64,000 bases of DNA from an uncultured Granulosicoccaceae bacterium (GTDB lineage Bacteria; Pseudomonadota; Gammaproteobacteria; CALCKW01). The stretch's first letter is position 1. Every line of letters begins with the position of its first letter. Positions 20,238 through 31,075 of this stretch are shown piece after piece. Both the position numbers and the translations under genes were made by a program. The stretch covers positions 351 to 64,350 of the forward strand of contig CALCKW010000059.1 in the NCBI GenBank assembly GCA_937965695.1, written 5' to 3'. The notes under the pieces were generated by a model, which worked only from the letters and a program-made list of their open reading frames with translations, made no database searches and was not told the origin of the DNA.

Positions 20238-20978
20238 CTAGATGGCTAGATATTCGTTACGAAGCTTTTCGTTGTTGAGGACTTCTTCAGCTGAGCCATC
20301 GAACACGACTTGTCCCGTATCTAAAATCACTGCGCGGTCTGCTAGACGCAACGCCGCCACTGCATTTTGCTCAACGATAATGGTGGTGATTCCGAGTTCG
20401 CGGATTGAGCTTACGATGCGTTCTATCTCTTGCACGATAACTGGTGCAAGACCTTCATAGGGTTCGTCAAGCAGTAGAATTTTTACGTCCCTTGCCATGG
20501 CTCTGGCGACAGCAAGCATTTGTTGCTCTCCACCAGACAATGTCGTTCCTTCCTGGGTACGACGTTCTGCAAGGCGAGGGAAGCTCTCGTAAATTCGCTC
20601 AAGTGACCAACCAATCGGCGGAGCAATTTGAGCTAATTTTAAGTTCTCTTCCACCGTCAAGCCGGGGATGATGCGTCGATCTTCTGGGACGAGGGCAACG
20701 CCTTCTTGTGCGGCCTCGTGTGCCTTCATTTCGTGCAGTGGTTTACCACCTAGCCAAATTTCGCCTTGGTGTACTGCAGGATCATCCACCCGCGCAATGG
20801 TGCGCAATGATGATGTTTTACCTGCGCCGTTTCGACCGAGGAGGGCGAGTACTTCGCCTTCTTTGATGCTGAAGCTTATGCCTTGGACGATGTAGCTTTC
20901 GCCATAGTAGGCGTGTACATCACGCACACTAAAAAAACTATCATCGGCTGACGGGTTGTTTGTTGTTTCACTGGTCAT
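20238..20978 (-). CDS. HAAT-family ABC ATPase (LivF-like)
   Basis: Walker A (GRNGAGKTS), the LSGGEQQMLAVARAM signature and Walker B (LLLDEP) are present. Confidence 0.85.
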   Translation of the reverse strand: MTSETTNNPSADDSFFSVRDVHAYYGESYIVQGISFSIKEGEVLALLGRNGAGKTSSLRTIARVDDPAVHQGEIWLGGKPLHEMKAHEAAQEGVALVPEDRRIIPGLTVEENLKLAQIAPPIGWSLERIYESFPRLAERRTQEGTTLSGGEQQMLAVARAMARDVKILLLDEPYEGLAPVIVQEIERIVSSIRELGITTIIVEQNAVAALRLADRAVILDTGQVVFDGSAEEVLNNEKLRNEYLAI

Positions 20979-21751
20979 ACTTCTACGCCTCCGAGATAGG
21001 CTTCCTGCACTTTAGGGTTGCCGCGGATTTCATCTGGAGTACCTTCGGCGATTATCTGGCCTTGGGCGAGGACACTGATGCGATCACAAAGGCTGAATAC
21101 CACATGCATGTCATGCTCGATGATGACTTTTGTCAGGCCGTGTGACTTCGACAGCCCTTTGAGTAGATCGATAGTCGCATTGGTGTCTGCGCGAGACATG
21201 CCAGCCGTCGGTTCGTCGAGCAACAATAGTTTGGGTGACTGACTGAGACACATCGCCATTTCCAAGCGGCGTTTGTCACCGCGGGACATAGCGCCTGCGT
21301 GGTTATGCATTTTGTCAGCGAGACCGATATCTTCAAGTGTAGAAATCGCATGATTTCGAATCTCGGAATCGGTATCCAAACGTGGCCACCAATTGACTTT
21401 GAATGCACCATCCCGATGAGCAAGGCTAGGGATCATTACGTTTTCAAGGATAGTTAAATCCGAGAAAATCTCCGGCGTTTGAAAAACACGGCTGACACCC
21501 GCTTGGTTTATCTCATGGGGTTTTAATCCAAGAACCGACTTGCCGTTAAAATTAACGGTGCCCGTATCAGGTATCAGCTTTCCAATCAGACAGTTGAGGA
21601 AAGTAGATTTCCCCGCACCGTTGGGCCCGATAATGCCGTGAACCGTTCCTTCGGTTACATCAAATTTTTTGACGTCCAGTGCTTGTAGCCCGCCGAAGCG
21701 TTTGGAGACGTCAGTGACTGATAATATAGTCGACATATTTTCCGTCCTCAC
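20975..21751 (-). CDS. HAAT-family ABC ATPase (LivG-like)
   Basis: Walker A (GPNGAGKST) and Walker B ([10 protein letters not shown]) are present. It overlaps the LivF-like gene by 4 nt. Confidence 0.85.
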   Translation of the reverse strand: MRTENMSTILSVTDVSKRFGGLQALDVKKFDVTEGTVHGIIGPNGAGKSTFLNCLIGKLIPDTGTVNFNGKSVLGLKPHEINQAGVSRVFQTPEIFSDLTILENVMIPSLAHRDGAFKVNWWPRLDTDSEIRNHAISTLEDIGLADKMHNHAGAMSRGDKRRLEMAMCLSQSPKLLLLDEPTAGMSRADTNATIDLLKGLSKSHGLTKVIIEHDMHVVFSLCDRISVLAQGQIIAEGTPDEIRGNPKVQEAYLGGVEV

Positions 21752-22947
21752 TTAGACGCAGCAGAATCAGATTCCACTGTTTGGTTGCGTTTTTTACCGA
21801 TGCCGAAGAGTCTGGCGATCCGCTGACCACCTTCAACCAATCCACCGGGGAGGAAAATGACCACTAACATGAAGATAAGGCCAAGTGTCAAATGCCAACT
21901 TTTACCTGTGAACATGTTTAGGAACAAGACCACCCATTCTGAGGCTGCATCAGGCAGGAACTCAAACCAACCTTTAAGGACCGTCTCGTTGATCTTAGAT
22001 AGAATATTTTCCATGTACTTGATAGCACCGGCTCCGAGTACGGGACCGATCAAAGTGCCAGCACCGCCCAGAATGGTCATCAAAACCACCTCGCCTGATG
22101 CCGTCCAAAACATGCGTTCTGGTCCTACTTGAGAATCCATGGCGACCAATAGTCCGCCAGCTAATCCAGCGTACATGCCAGAGATAACGAAGGCCGCCAG
22201 TGTGTAAGGTTTAGTATTTAAACCGGTATAGCTCATGCGGTTTTGATTAGACTTTACAGCACGCAACATGGTGCCAAAGGGCGAACGAAAAATGCGAATC
22301 GACAAGTAAAAGGCGACAAGCAAAAACAAACCAGCGATATAGTAGCCCGCATTGAAGGTGAAGACCCAGTCCCCAAAATTGACAATGTAGGAATCACGCA
22401 TGCCTATGCCAAAAAGGTTTGCGGCTGGGGATTCTCCTGCTGATAACTCTGCATCGAGTATCCGGGGATCAGAGAGTTTTGGTTGCAGTCCCGTTTCTCC
22501 GCCCGTAATAGGGGTGAGTACGGAATAGGCGAGCGCGTAAGACATCTCCGCAAAAGCCAATGTCAATATCGAAAAGTAGATACCAGACCGACGCAGTGAG
22601 ATGTAACCGACCAACAGGCTAAATACACCCGCTACGATTACTGACAAGATGATCGCTGGAATGACGTTCATCGTCAGTAGTTTCATCATCCAGATCGCAG
22701 CGTAAGAGCCTATCCCTAAGAAGGCGGCATGCCCAAAGGATAGATAACCCGTTAGGCCAAACAGAATATTAAAACCGACAGCGAATACACCAAATATAAC
22801 AAATCGCTGCAATAAGTCAGGGTATCCTGCGTTGAATTGCGCTAGCTCTGAAGAAGCTGGAAAAGGGTTGAGCAATATGGGTGCAAGAGCAACACAAAGC
22901 ACAACCAGCATGAACAGGGCGAAGTCTGAAAATTTTAATCCAAGCAT
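21748..22947 (-). CDS. HAAT-family ABC permease (LivM-like)
   Basis: It is a polytopic membrane protein of 399 aa, positioned within the liv-type operon. Confidence 0.8.
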   Translation of the reverse strand: MLGLKFSDFALFMLVVLCVALAPILLNPFPASSELAQFNAGYPDLLQRFVIFGVFAVGFNILFGLTGYLSFGHAAFLGIGSYAAIWMMKLLTMNVIPAIILSVIVAGVFSLLVGYISLRRSGIYFSILTLAFAEMSYALAYSVLTPITGGETGLQPKLSDPRILDAELSAGESPAANLFGIGMRDSYIVNFGDWVFTFNAGYYIAGLFLLVAFYLSIRIFRSPFGTMLRAVKSNQNRMSYTGLNTKPYTLAAFVISGMYAGLAGGLLVAMDSQVGPERMFWTASGEVVLMTILGGAGTLIGPVLGAGAIKYMENILSKINETVLKGWFEFLPDAASEWVVLFLNMFTGKSWHLTLGLIFMLVVIFLPGGLVEGGQRIARLFGIGKKRNQTVESDSAASK

Positions 22948-22951
22948 GGGT

Positions 22952-23983
22952 TCAATCCTCCATCACGCCGCGCCGACCCATCAGTCCTCGCGGACGGGTT
23001 AGCAGGACAATAATGGCTACAAGGTAAATGATAACTTGATTTATACCAGGGGCAATGTCGATGACTTCGGTCATTGAAGCAAGACTTTGTAGAATCCCCA
23101 ACAGAAACCCAGAGAGTACCGCTCCGCCCAAGCTGCCCATCCCGCCGACGACCACCACAACAAAAGACAAGACTAAAAAGTCCATTCCCATGTTGTAGTT
23201 GGGTGCGTTTATAGGAGCGTACATAGCACCAGCCACACCTGCGACGCAGGCGGCTATCGCGAACATGATGGTAAATTTGCGATCGATATTAATGCCTAGT
23301 AACCCGACGGTTTCTCTGTCTTGCATTCCCGCTCGAACCACCATACCAAAAGTTGTAAATTGCAAAAATGCAAACACTGCGGTGATGATGATGGCGGCGA
23401 AGCCGAAGTAGATGAGTCGCCAGTACGGGTAGACAACGGTGAAGGGGTCTAACCCGATTAAGACACCAACATCTAGAGAACCCACAAAAGCCGAAGGGGC
23501 AGGGGTGGGAACAGGGTTGGCGCCATAAAAGTATTTTATAACCTCACCCAGCACGATAGCGAGACCGAAGGTAACCAAGATTTGATCTGCGTGCGGGCGT
23601 TTGTAGAAGTGTTTTATCAGACCACGCTCCATCGTAATACCGATGATAATCATGATGGGAATAGTCACAAGTAGCGATATGGGTACTGACCAGTCGACGA
23701 TGAGCTGCCCCATCTCTGGCCCAAACCATTGATCGACGTAAGGCACTTTGACTTGCAGCGGTTTGCCGAGAAAGTCTGTGCGAGTTTCATCTAGAACAAT
23801 TTGCGAGATGCTCAATACTCTAGAGATGGTTACCGCACAAAAAGCACCGATCATGAACAAAGCACCGTGGGCGAAATTGACCACGCCAAGTGTGCCGAAA
23901 ATTAGCGTTAAACCCAGAGCTATAAGGGCGTATGCAGATCCCTTATTGAGGCCGTCTAGGATTTGCAGAATGATGGCTTCCAT
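22952..23983 (-). CDS. HAAT-family ABC permease (LivH-like)
   Basis: It is a polytopic membrane protein of 343 aa, adjacent to the LivM-like gene. Confidence 0.8.
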   Translation of the reverse strand: MEAIILQILDGLNKGSAYALIALGLTLIFGTLGVVNFAHGALFMIGAFCAVTISRVLSISQIVLDETRTDFLGKPLQVKVPYVDQWFGPEMGQLIVDWSVPISLLVTIPIMIIIGITMERGLIKHFYKRPHADQILVTFGLAIVLGEVIKYFYGANPVPTPAPSAFVGSLDVGVLIGLDPFTVVYPYWRLIYFGFAAIIITAVFAFLQFTTFGMVVRAGMQDRETVGLLGINIDRKFTIMFAIAACVAGVAGAMYAPINAPNYNMGMDFLVLSFVVVVVGGMGSLGGAVLSGFLLGILQSLASMTEVIDIAPGINQVIIYLVAIIVLLTRPRGLMGRRGVMED

Positions 23984-24081
23984 CGACCGCGTCCTGTCTT
24001 AAAAATTGTTGTGTAAAACCCAATGGAAACAGAGGGCGGAGAAGAGCAGGTGCCCCGTGTGGGCACCTGACCAGGCTTGAA

Positions 24082-25437
24082 TTAGCCTGCGTTGCAGCTA
24101 CCAAGAGTGGCTTCTGCACCACCCATCTGCGGGTGGTTTGGCTCGTACATGACTTGATCAACTGGTGTCACTTCAACAACTTCCAGAAGGTCAAACTCAT
24201 TGTCCGGATTCTCTTTACCCTTCACGACCAAGACATCTTTAAAGCACTGATGATCTTCTGCGCGGTAGAGAGTTTTACCGTTACCCATGCCGTCGAACTC
24301 AAACCCTTCCAGTGCTTCAACTACAGCACAAGGATCGAAGCTGCCAGCGCGTTCGCACGCATCAGCATAGAGCAGAGTCTGCACGTAGCAAGTATGAGCA
24401 GCCTGTGAAGGTGGGAAACCGTATTTCTCACCGAAGGACTTAACGAATGCTTTAGAACCTTCATCAGTCAAAGACCAATGCCAGTTTGTGGAACCGTAAA
24501 TACCTTTAACGTTTGCACCAGCACCCTTCGCCATTAGGCGAGAGTAGAGTGGTACAACGATTTCAAACTGCTTACCGTTAACCATCTTGTCTCGAAGACC
24601 GAACTGTACAGCGTTGGTCAAAGAGTTAACCATGTTGCCGCCGTAGTGGTTCAGAACCAGAACGTCAGCATCAGATTGCAACACTGGAGCAATGTAAGAA
24701 GAGAAGTCAGTCTCTTTCAGAGGGGTTTTGACTGTATTGACAGTTTCCCAACCCATCGCTTCAGTTGCCTGGGTTACGGCTTCTTCAGTGGTGTAGCCCC
24801 AGTTGTAATCTGCAGTTAGGTGATAAGCTTTACGGTCTTTACCGTAAGCATTGCCCAGTACTGGAGCAAGAGCAGCACCTGACATGTACGAGTTAAAGAA
24901 ATGGCGGAAACCATTTGCCTTGCGGTCTTTACCCGTTGTGTCGTTTGAGTGCGTCAAGCCAGCCATGAAGATGATACCAACTTCCTGACAAAGTGCCTGA
25001 ACAGCAACAGCAACTCCAGAAGAAGAGCCACCAGTGATCATAACAGCGCCGTCTTTCTCGATCATGGATCGAGCTGATGCGCGTGCGGCGTCAGATTTGG
25101 TCTGCGTGTCACCTGTCACATACTTGACTTCTTTGCCAAGAATACCAGCACCACTTAGTGCCTTTGATGAAAAGGTGTTGAGCATTCCGCCGTCACCGCC
25201 ACCGTTGAGGTGTTCTACAGCTAGTTCGTAAGCTCGCAGTTCGTCGGCACCCTCATCGGCATACGGTCCAGACTGAGGAACGTTAAACCCTAGAGTAACG
25301 CTGCTGGCACTGCCAGGATCGTTTGCATAGCCATAAGCTTTGCTGGTGAAGATAGTAGGGGCCCCAGTGACGAGTGCTCCCGCGGCAGTAGCCTTGATAA
25401 ATCCGCGACGATTTAACTCCGGCGTTTTTTTGGTCAT
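24082..25437 (-). CDS. HAAT-family (Leu/Ile/Val-, urea-, amide-binding type) periplasmic substrate-binding protein with Tat signal
   Basis: A twin-arginine signal (NRRGFIKATAAGALVTGAPTIFTSKAYG) is present. At 451 aa it is longer than LivJ/K and more like UrtA/FmdD-type binders. It is the first gene of the liv-like operon. Confidence 0.7.
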   Translation of the reverse strand: MTKKTPELNRRGFIKATAAGALVTGAPTIFTSKAYGYANDPGSASSVTLGFNVPQSGPYADEGADELRAYELAVEHLNGGGDGGMLNTFSSKALSGAGILGKEVKYVTGDTQTKSDAARASARSMIEKDGAVMITGGSSSGVAVAVQALCQEVGIIFMAGLTHSNDTTGKDRKANGFRHFFNSYMSGAALAPVLGNAYGKDRKAYHLTADYNWGYTTEEAVTQATEAMGWETVNTVKTPLKETDFSSYIAPVLQSDADVLVLNHYGGNMVNSLTNAVQFGLRDKMVNGKQFEIVVPLYSRLMAKGAGANVKGIYGSTNWHWSLTDEGSKAFVKSFGEKYGFPPSQAAHTCYVQTLLYADACERAGSFDPCAVVEALEGFEFDGMGNGKTLYRAEDHQCFKDVLVVKGKENPDNEFDLLEVVEVTPVDQVMYEPNHPQMGGAEATLGSCNAG

Positions 25438-25654
25438 TTATGAACTCCCTTTGGGCATTGCCCGTAGTGGTTTGCGGTTTCACCGCTCGTTCCTGCTTTC
25501 GACAGACATTGTCGAATTCGCACTGCGCGAGTACTCACAGTTCTGTGCTGCGTTCATCCGCGACAGGCGTTATTGTGCAGCTATCTGACAATATTTTGTA
25601 AGTTCTTATAAATCAATAGTATAGCTCCAAAAATATTAGATATCGTCAAAGTTT

Positions 25655-25692
25655 GTTACCTATCAACACAGTAAAACGGGTTGATAGGTAAC
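25655..25692. promoter_or_regulatory. Perfect 13-bp inverted repeat (GTTACCTATCAAC-N12-GTTGATAGGTAAC) in a 613-bp AT-rich intergenic region upstream of the Tat-SBP operon
   Basis: I read this directly from the sequence. It is a candidate operator or sRNA stem. No regulator is assigned. Confidence 0.35.
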
Positions 25693-26137
25693 ATTTAGTG
25701 CTTGTTGCGTACCCACTATGAATTGACTTGCTATTTTTAGCGCTGGAGGAGCACTTTGGTCTTTAATCATCAAGCATTAGAGCTTGGCACCCAGGATCAA
25801 CGGCATATGCTTGGGTGAAGCGAGCACATTTTTAGGACGCGATCTAAATCAGGTAGTGCGATTGATGCCTTGTCCACCTCCGAGGTATGGCCTTCATATA
25901 AAATTGACTTGGCTGTTAAAGGTGAATGGGTCTACGCCAGTGGTTAAGTCAGCAAGGTTTAATTCAATCATTCTTTCGATTCATCGGCTCAGCCACGCAA
26001 CACGAGCGCGCTGTTATTGATCAGAGCATTCATATTTAAGCTTTGCAAATGTGCGATATTGTGGTGCTTCGGCTATTTATGGGGCGCGCACTGCAAGTAT
26101 GTCGTGCTGTATTACTGATTTAAATGAGGATTTGCTT

Positions 26138-26902
26138 GTGGTACTTGGAATTCTGGGAACAGGACATTTGGCGAGTTATACAGTCGCGGGTCTACGCCAT
26201 GCTGGAGATCGTCGCCGCATCATACTGTCGCCACGAAATGCGAGCACTGCTGCTCAGTTAGCTGAAGAGCACGGTTGCGAGGTAGCGTCTAGTAATCAGG
26301 ACGTTATTGATAACAGCGAGGTGGTTTTGCTTTCGGTGCGACCTGGTAATCGCAAATCGCTATTAACAGGCTTGCAGTTTAAGTCAAATCAACTGGTTAT
26401 TTCAGTGATGGCAGGTGTTAGTGTTGAAGAATTATTGCAGTTTTCAAATCTTTCGGACGTGACATTGGTTCGTTCACTGCCCATCCAATGCTCGGCTGTC
26501 GGTGTAGGTCCAGTTCCTCTTTTCCCGGCCAACGAGGAAGCCCAGCAGATGCTTGCAGCTTTGGGGTCAGTCGTTGTGTTGGGCAGTGAACATCAGTTCG
26601 AAACGGCTTCCAGTATTGGTTGCATGCACGGGTGGGTGTATCCATGGTTGGCAGCGATGAGTCGCTGGGCCCAAGAGCAGGGAATGGAGAGCGAAGCTGC
26701 AGGAGAGCTAACGCTTGCTGCGGTTGCTGGTGCTGTTGCCTACAGTCAGGCACAAGGACCGAGTAGCATGGCTGGAATTGGCGATGGGATAGCTGACGAG
26801 GGAACTTACACTTTAGCTGGCTTGCAGCAAATGCAGAGTCAAAATGCTTTTGTAGCATGGACAGAAGCGATGGACATGGTGGCGGAAAAAGCTCGGCAAT
26901 GA
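26138..26902 (+). CDS. Pyrroline-5-carboxylate reductase-like NAD(P)-binding oxidoreductase (ProC/F420-dependent NADP reductase fold)
   Basis: The N-terminal VVLGILGTGHLASY Rossmann motif follows a GTG start with a GAGGA RBS 9 nt upstream. A P5CR-like pattern continues through the central region. The ATG at 26051 or 26099 are alternative starts. Confidence 0.5.
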   Translation: MVLGILGTGHLASYTVAGLRHAGDRRRIILSPRNASTAAQLAEEHGCEVASSNQDVIDNSEVVLLSVRPGNRKSLLTGLQFKSNQLVISVMAGVSVEELLQFSNLSDVTLVRSLPIQCSAVGVGPVPLFPANEEAQQMLAALGSVVVLGSEHQFETASSIGCMHGWVYPWLAAMSRWAQEQGMESEAAGELTLAAVAGAVAYSQAQGPSSMAGIGDGIADEGTYTLAGLQQMQSQNAFVAWTEAMDMVAEKARQ

Positions 26903-26989
26903 TTCGAAGTTCCCGAGTGAAGCCGAGGGTTAAATTTTTGACTTGAACAGTTATTACAAGCTTACTTCGAGATTTTTTTGGACATTGAA

Positions 26990-27910
26990 ATGTTATTTGG
27001 TGAGAACTTTAAAATAGAAAAGATAGGCTGTGGCGAGTTAAGTATTAACGTTCAACACGGTGGCAAAGGGCAGCCTTTATTGCTGCTGCATGGCTACCCT
27101 CAAAACCATAGTATGTGGCACACGGTTGCACCTGCGTTAGCCGAGCAATTCACCGTTATCTGTCCAGATCTGCGTGGGTATGGAGACAGCGATAAACCGC
27201 GGGGAAATGCTGATCATAGCAACTACAGCAAACGGGTGATGGCCGCAGACATTGCAGCTCTTATGCACAACTTAGGGCACGAGAGCTTCGTCATTGCCGC
27301 ACACGACCGTGGAGCACGTGTCGCACATAGAATGTTACTGGACTATCCAGAGCGCATCGATGGTGCTTGTATTATGGACATTACTCCGACGCATCATATG
27401 TTGGAAACAACTAACTTGGAATTTGCAAGCGCATATTATCATTGGTTTTTCTTATTGCAGCCAGATGGCTTACCCGAAAAAATGATTGGTGCTGATACAG
27501 ACTATTACCTGAGTGAGTGCCTGCGGCGCTGGAGCAAGTCCGGTGCGAAATTTGATTCGAAGGCGCTCGCTCAATATAAGCGTTGTTTTGCAGATTCAGC
27601 GACAGTGCATGCTAGCTGTGAGGACTATCGAGCCGCGGTTCATGTTGATCTCGTGCATGATAAGGCAGATCGTAGAAAACGAATCCAATGCCCTTTATTG
27701 CTACTCTGGGGTGATGCTGGCTTTGTTGGTCGAAGTTATGATGTGCTGAAAACATGGAGGGAATATGCCTCAGATGTTCGTGGGCATGCACTTGACGCAG
27801 GTCACTTTGTGGTCGAAGAGGCGCCCGCCGAAGTATTGCACGCGATGCTTGATTTTTTTGCGATGTTAAAAAATATTTCTTCTGCGGACGAATTGAATTC
27901 CGCTAAATAA
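26990..27910 (+). CDS. Haloacetate (fluoroacetate) dehalogenase-like alpha/beta hydrolase
   Basis: It is collinear with FAcD/DehH1-type enzymes. The matching elements are LLLLHGYPQN, HDRGARVAHRM (Asp nucleophile plus both carboxylate-binding Arg), YYHWFF (His-Trp halide-binding pair) and a C-terminal His. Confidence 0.6.
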   Translation: MLFGENFKIEKIGCGELSINVQHGGKGQPLLLLHGYPQNHSMWHTVAPALAEQFTVICPDLRGYGDSDKPRGNADHSNYSKRVMAADIAALMHNLGHESFVIAAHDRGARVAHRMLLDYPERIDGACIMDITPTHHMLETTNLEFASAYYHWFFLLQPDGLPEKMIGADTDYYLSECLRRWSKSGAKFDSKALAQYKRCFADSATVHASCEDYRAAVHVDLVHDKADRRKRIQCPLLLLWGDAGFVGRSYDVLKTWREYASDVRGHALDAGHFVVEEAPAEVLHAMLDFFAMLKNISSADELNSAK

Positions 27911-27952
27911 CTACCGATGACCAACTACGACTGAGTTTTACAGTGTAGATTT

Positions 27953-29131
27953 TTATAGGCTGAGTTGATTCGAGTGTGCCAGTAATCTCGGCAGCTGTAT
28001 TTCTGCAAGAGCGCCACCACCGGTATTGTTTTCGAGCACTAGCTGCCCGCCGTGGCGTTCGACAATTTGGCGGGCGATCAACAAGCCAAAGCCGGTGTTA
28101 TGATGGTCTATATTTTGTGTTTTTGGAGCCGATTCATCCTTGAGCCCAGCCGGGAATCCAGATCCTGTATCAGTGATCTGCAGGCACACTCTGTCTACCG
28201 CTTGCCAGCTTTTTATGCAAATTTCTCTGGGTTTACGCTCTGGCTGTTGCAAAAGCTCTCTAACAGCATTGTCTAGCAAGTTTGTCAGTGCGCGGCACAT
28301 GAGCTCACCGTCTAACGAGGCAGCGCTTGACCCTTGCGGTTGCCATTTCAACGCTATAGAACTGGGCACCCGAAAATCGCTAATAATACGAGATGCCCAA
28401 TCGTTCAAATCAAGGTGTTGCGGGTGCAGTGGAAAAGGCTTGCTGTAGTCAAGAAGTGAGGATATGGCGCTTTCACAGCGGTGCATGGCACGCTCACTCC
28501 GAGAAAGAATACGATTTACCTCAGGTGTGTCGGGTAAATGGTTTTGCAACAATTTCAAGCTAGCACCCAAAGTGCTTAGAGGGTTTCGTAGCTCGTGGTT
28601 TTGCATGGCCAAAGCTCTGCCCACAGAGGACAGCCGTTCGTCGTACTCGAGCTTTGCTTTTATGTCTTCCGTATCTAAGTAGGTTGATTCTTTAAGTACA
28701 GGCTTGCGGAAATAGGTGTTGTGCAGAGTATCACTAGAAATTTCTACGGGGCGGCAATCACTCGTCACATCTACACCGATATTTAACACAGACCACACTT
28801 CTTCGCTGCTATCAAAACATGGAATATAGCGAACAGAAAGGACACGATCTACATCGTCAATGGAGTGTTCAATTTGATAGGAGACAAATTCTCCATTTAG
28901 GCAGGCGCGCAATCTTGGGCCAATTTGACGTTCGTAGTGTTCGGCTGCCATGCAGTCTCTCACCGGCATACCGACCATTGCATCAGAACTTAAATCTAGC
29001 CTTTTCGCGTAGGCGCCACTGGCGTAGAGGTAACATTCTTCTGGGTCAATCAGCGCTATGCCAATGGGGGCAAAACGGAGAGCCCTCAGTAGGTGCCCAG
29101 AATCCATCCTTTTGCGTCCTGTTGATTTCAC
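27953..29131 (-). CDS. PAS-domain sensor histidine kinase (cytoplasmic)
   Basis: A PAS-like N-terminal region is followed by an H-box (NHELRNPLSTLGASLKLL) and an HATPase_c domain (LLDNAVRE…TDTGSGF…GFGLL). No REC domain or adjacent response regulator is present. Confidence 0.75.
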   Translation of the reverse strand: MKSTGRKRMDSGHLLRALRFAPIGIALIDPEECYLYASGAYAKRLDLSSDAMVGMPVRDCMAAEHYERQIGPRLRACLNGEFVSYQIEHSIDDVDRVLSVRYIPCFDSSEEVWSVLNIGVDVTSDCRPVEISSDTLHNTYFRKPVLKESTYLDTEDIKAKLEYDERLSSVGRALAMQNHELRNPLSTLGASLKLLQNHLPDTPEVNRILSRSERAMHRCESAISSLLDYSKPFPLHPQHLDLNDWASRIISDFRVPSSIALKWQPQGSSAASLDGELMCRALTNLLDNAVRELLQQPERKPREICIKSWQAVDRVCLQITDTGSGFPAGLKDESAPKTQNIDHHNTGFGLLIARQIVERHGGQLVLENNTGGGALAEIQLPRLLAHSNQLSL

Positions 29132-29576
29132 TAAGCGGTTTAGGGTATCGCATTACTGCGTGCTTGTAATATTTTTTTTATGCATAACCACTAAGCCGCG
29201 TGTTACTAGTCCACGCGATTTTTCTGGGAGCGTTAACAACAGAGACTTATACCGTTTTTTGTAAATTTGATAAAATTGACTAAGCAATGTGATGCAGTGA
29301 AAGTTCAAGTATCTAATTGTTCCTATGCGCTATATGAAAATTAAATTATATGTAAAAAGCTGCTTATTCTTTGGTCAATTCTTACTTAGGCTTTGTTGTC
29401 GAGAGCCTGTCTTTCTGGTTCACAGAAGGTTCATTGTCTCAATTCTTCTCAGGGCTTAAATTTGAATTGCCCTGCTGTGTCATTCATTTAGCGTGCAACA
29501 CGGCGAATGAAAGTATTCCTTCTAAGGGGTTAATATTTTATGATGGTCTCGATCTTCAAAAAATGGACGTAGAAAA

Positions 29577-29801
29577 TTGACGCAAAAATCTGATAGAGAT
29601 ATCGAAAAAGAATACCCCACCGCTGAATTTGTCGCCAAGTTGCGACGTCTTGCCGATGCCTTAGAGACCGGTGAACAATTTGAGATTCAGATTGCGGGCG
29701 AGAGAATTTACGTGCCTGTTCGAGCCATCTATAACATTGAACACGAGCGTGGCGACTCAGAAGAAGAGATTGAATTTCAAATCAAATGGTCACGCGACTA
29801 A
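29577..29801 (+). CDS. Small hypothetical protein (74 aa, possibly amphi-Trp-like)
   Basis: It is an intact small ORF in an AT-rich intergenic region. The assignment is weak. Confidence 0.3.
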   Translation: MTQKSDRDIEKEYPTAEFVAKLRRLADALETGEQFEIQIAGERIYVPVRAIYNIEHERGDSEEEIEFQIKWSRD

Positions 29802-29917
29802 CAATCGACACGCGAGAACGGTTGACCGAAGGCTAATCGACCTGTGCTCAAAGGTGTTAGCCCTCGTTTTATTGGCTGCATACTCGCCCGAGAATTGTGC
29901 GAGTAAAGCGACTGTGG

Positions 29918-31021
29918 CTAGGCCGGAGCCTGTAAGCGTTTAAAAGCCTGACCTTCGGCATTAAACAGATGCAAATCTTGACTAGCAAAATATAATGTCA
30001 TGGATTCGCCTCCCACTTTTTCGATGGAGCCCTTGGTTTCGACAACAAAGTTATCCATGCCGTGTGCAGCGCCGTACAGGTAGCTTCGGCCACCGAGATT
30101 TTCACTCACATCTACTTTGAGACCTAAGCTATTTTGATTCTCTTCCGGTGAAATATCCTCCGGACGGAGGCCCACTGTAAGCGAATCCCCAGTCGTCGCA
30201 CCAGACGTGTCGATCGGTGCTTTGATTTCGCTGCCGTCTGCAAGCTTTAAGATACTCTCTTGGCTATCAGCGTGTTGTAAGGTGGCGCTGAAGAAGTTCA
30301 TGCGTGGGGAGCCAATAAAGCCAGCAACAAACTGATTTTTAGGATGATGGTAAAGCTGCATTGGGGTGCCAAACTGTTCAACTTTTCCGGCGCGAAGCAG
30401 GGCGATGCGGTCAGCCATGGTCATGGCTTCCACTTGATCGTGGGTAACGTAAATCATGGTCGCGTCGCCCAGTTGTTTGTGTAGGCGACTTAGCTGGAGA
30501 CGCATCTCTACACGCAGTTCGGCGTCTAAGTTGGATAGCGGTTCGTCGAAAAGGAAAATCTTGGGGTTGCGAACAATGGCTCGGCCTATGGCTACTCGTT
30601 GGCGCTGTCCACCGGAAAGCTCCTTGGGTTTACGCTTAAGGTACGTGCCTAGCTGTAGTATATCCGCCGCCCGTTGCACTGCCGCATTTCGGTCTTCGAC
30701 TGATACACCGTTCATTTTTAGGCCAAATTCCATGTTCTCTTCGACTGTCATGTGAGGGTAGAGCGCGTAGGATTGGAAAACCATGGCGATACCACGGTCA
30801 GCTGGGGCCACCTCAGTCACATCATTGCCGTCTATGCTGATTTGCCCATTGGTGGCTGTCTCTAAGCCCGCGATTAAACGCAAGAGGGTTGACTTGCCGC
30901 AGCCAGAAGGGCCGACAAAGGCAATGAATTCACCCGCTTTCACTTCCAGATCGACGCTAGGTATAACTGTCACATCGCCGAAAGACTTATTTAGCTTGTC
31001 TAGTTGCAGTCGCGTACTCAT
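29918..31021 (-). CDS. Sugar ABC transporter ATP-binding protein (MalK/UgpC/MsmK-like)
   Basis: Walker A (GPSGCGKST), LSGGQRQRVAIGRA and Walker B (FLFDEPLSNLD) are present, with a C-terminal TOBE domain. The ORF is 367 aa. Confidence 0.85.
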   Translation of the reverse strand: MSTRLQLDKLNKSFGDVTVIPSVDLEVKAGEFIAFVGPSGCGKSTLLRLIAGLETATNGQISIDGNDVTEVAPADRGIAMVFQSYALYPHMTVEENMEFGLKMNGVSVEDRNAAVQRAADILQLGTYLKRKPKELSGGQRQRVAIGRAIVRNPKIFLFDEPLSNLDAELRVEMRLQLSRLHKQLGDATMIYVTHDQVEAMTMADRIALLRAGKVEQFGTPMQLYHHPKNQFVAGFIGSPRMNFFSATLQHADSQESILKLADGSEIKAPIDTSGATTGDSLTVGLRPEDISPEENQNSLGLKVDVSENLGGRSYLYGAAHGMDNFVVETKGSIEKVGGESMTLYFASQDLHLFNAEGQAFKRLQAPA

Positions 31022-31075
31022 TTGTTCTCCATTCTCGCGGCCCTAAAAATGGCGCGCGCCAAGTTATTTTTTAAT

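Noticed and set aside
25784-26020. 78-aa ORF in the long intergenic region
   Set aside because: It has no RBS, no homology, and an odd composition. It is more likely non-coding regulatory sequence.
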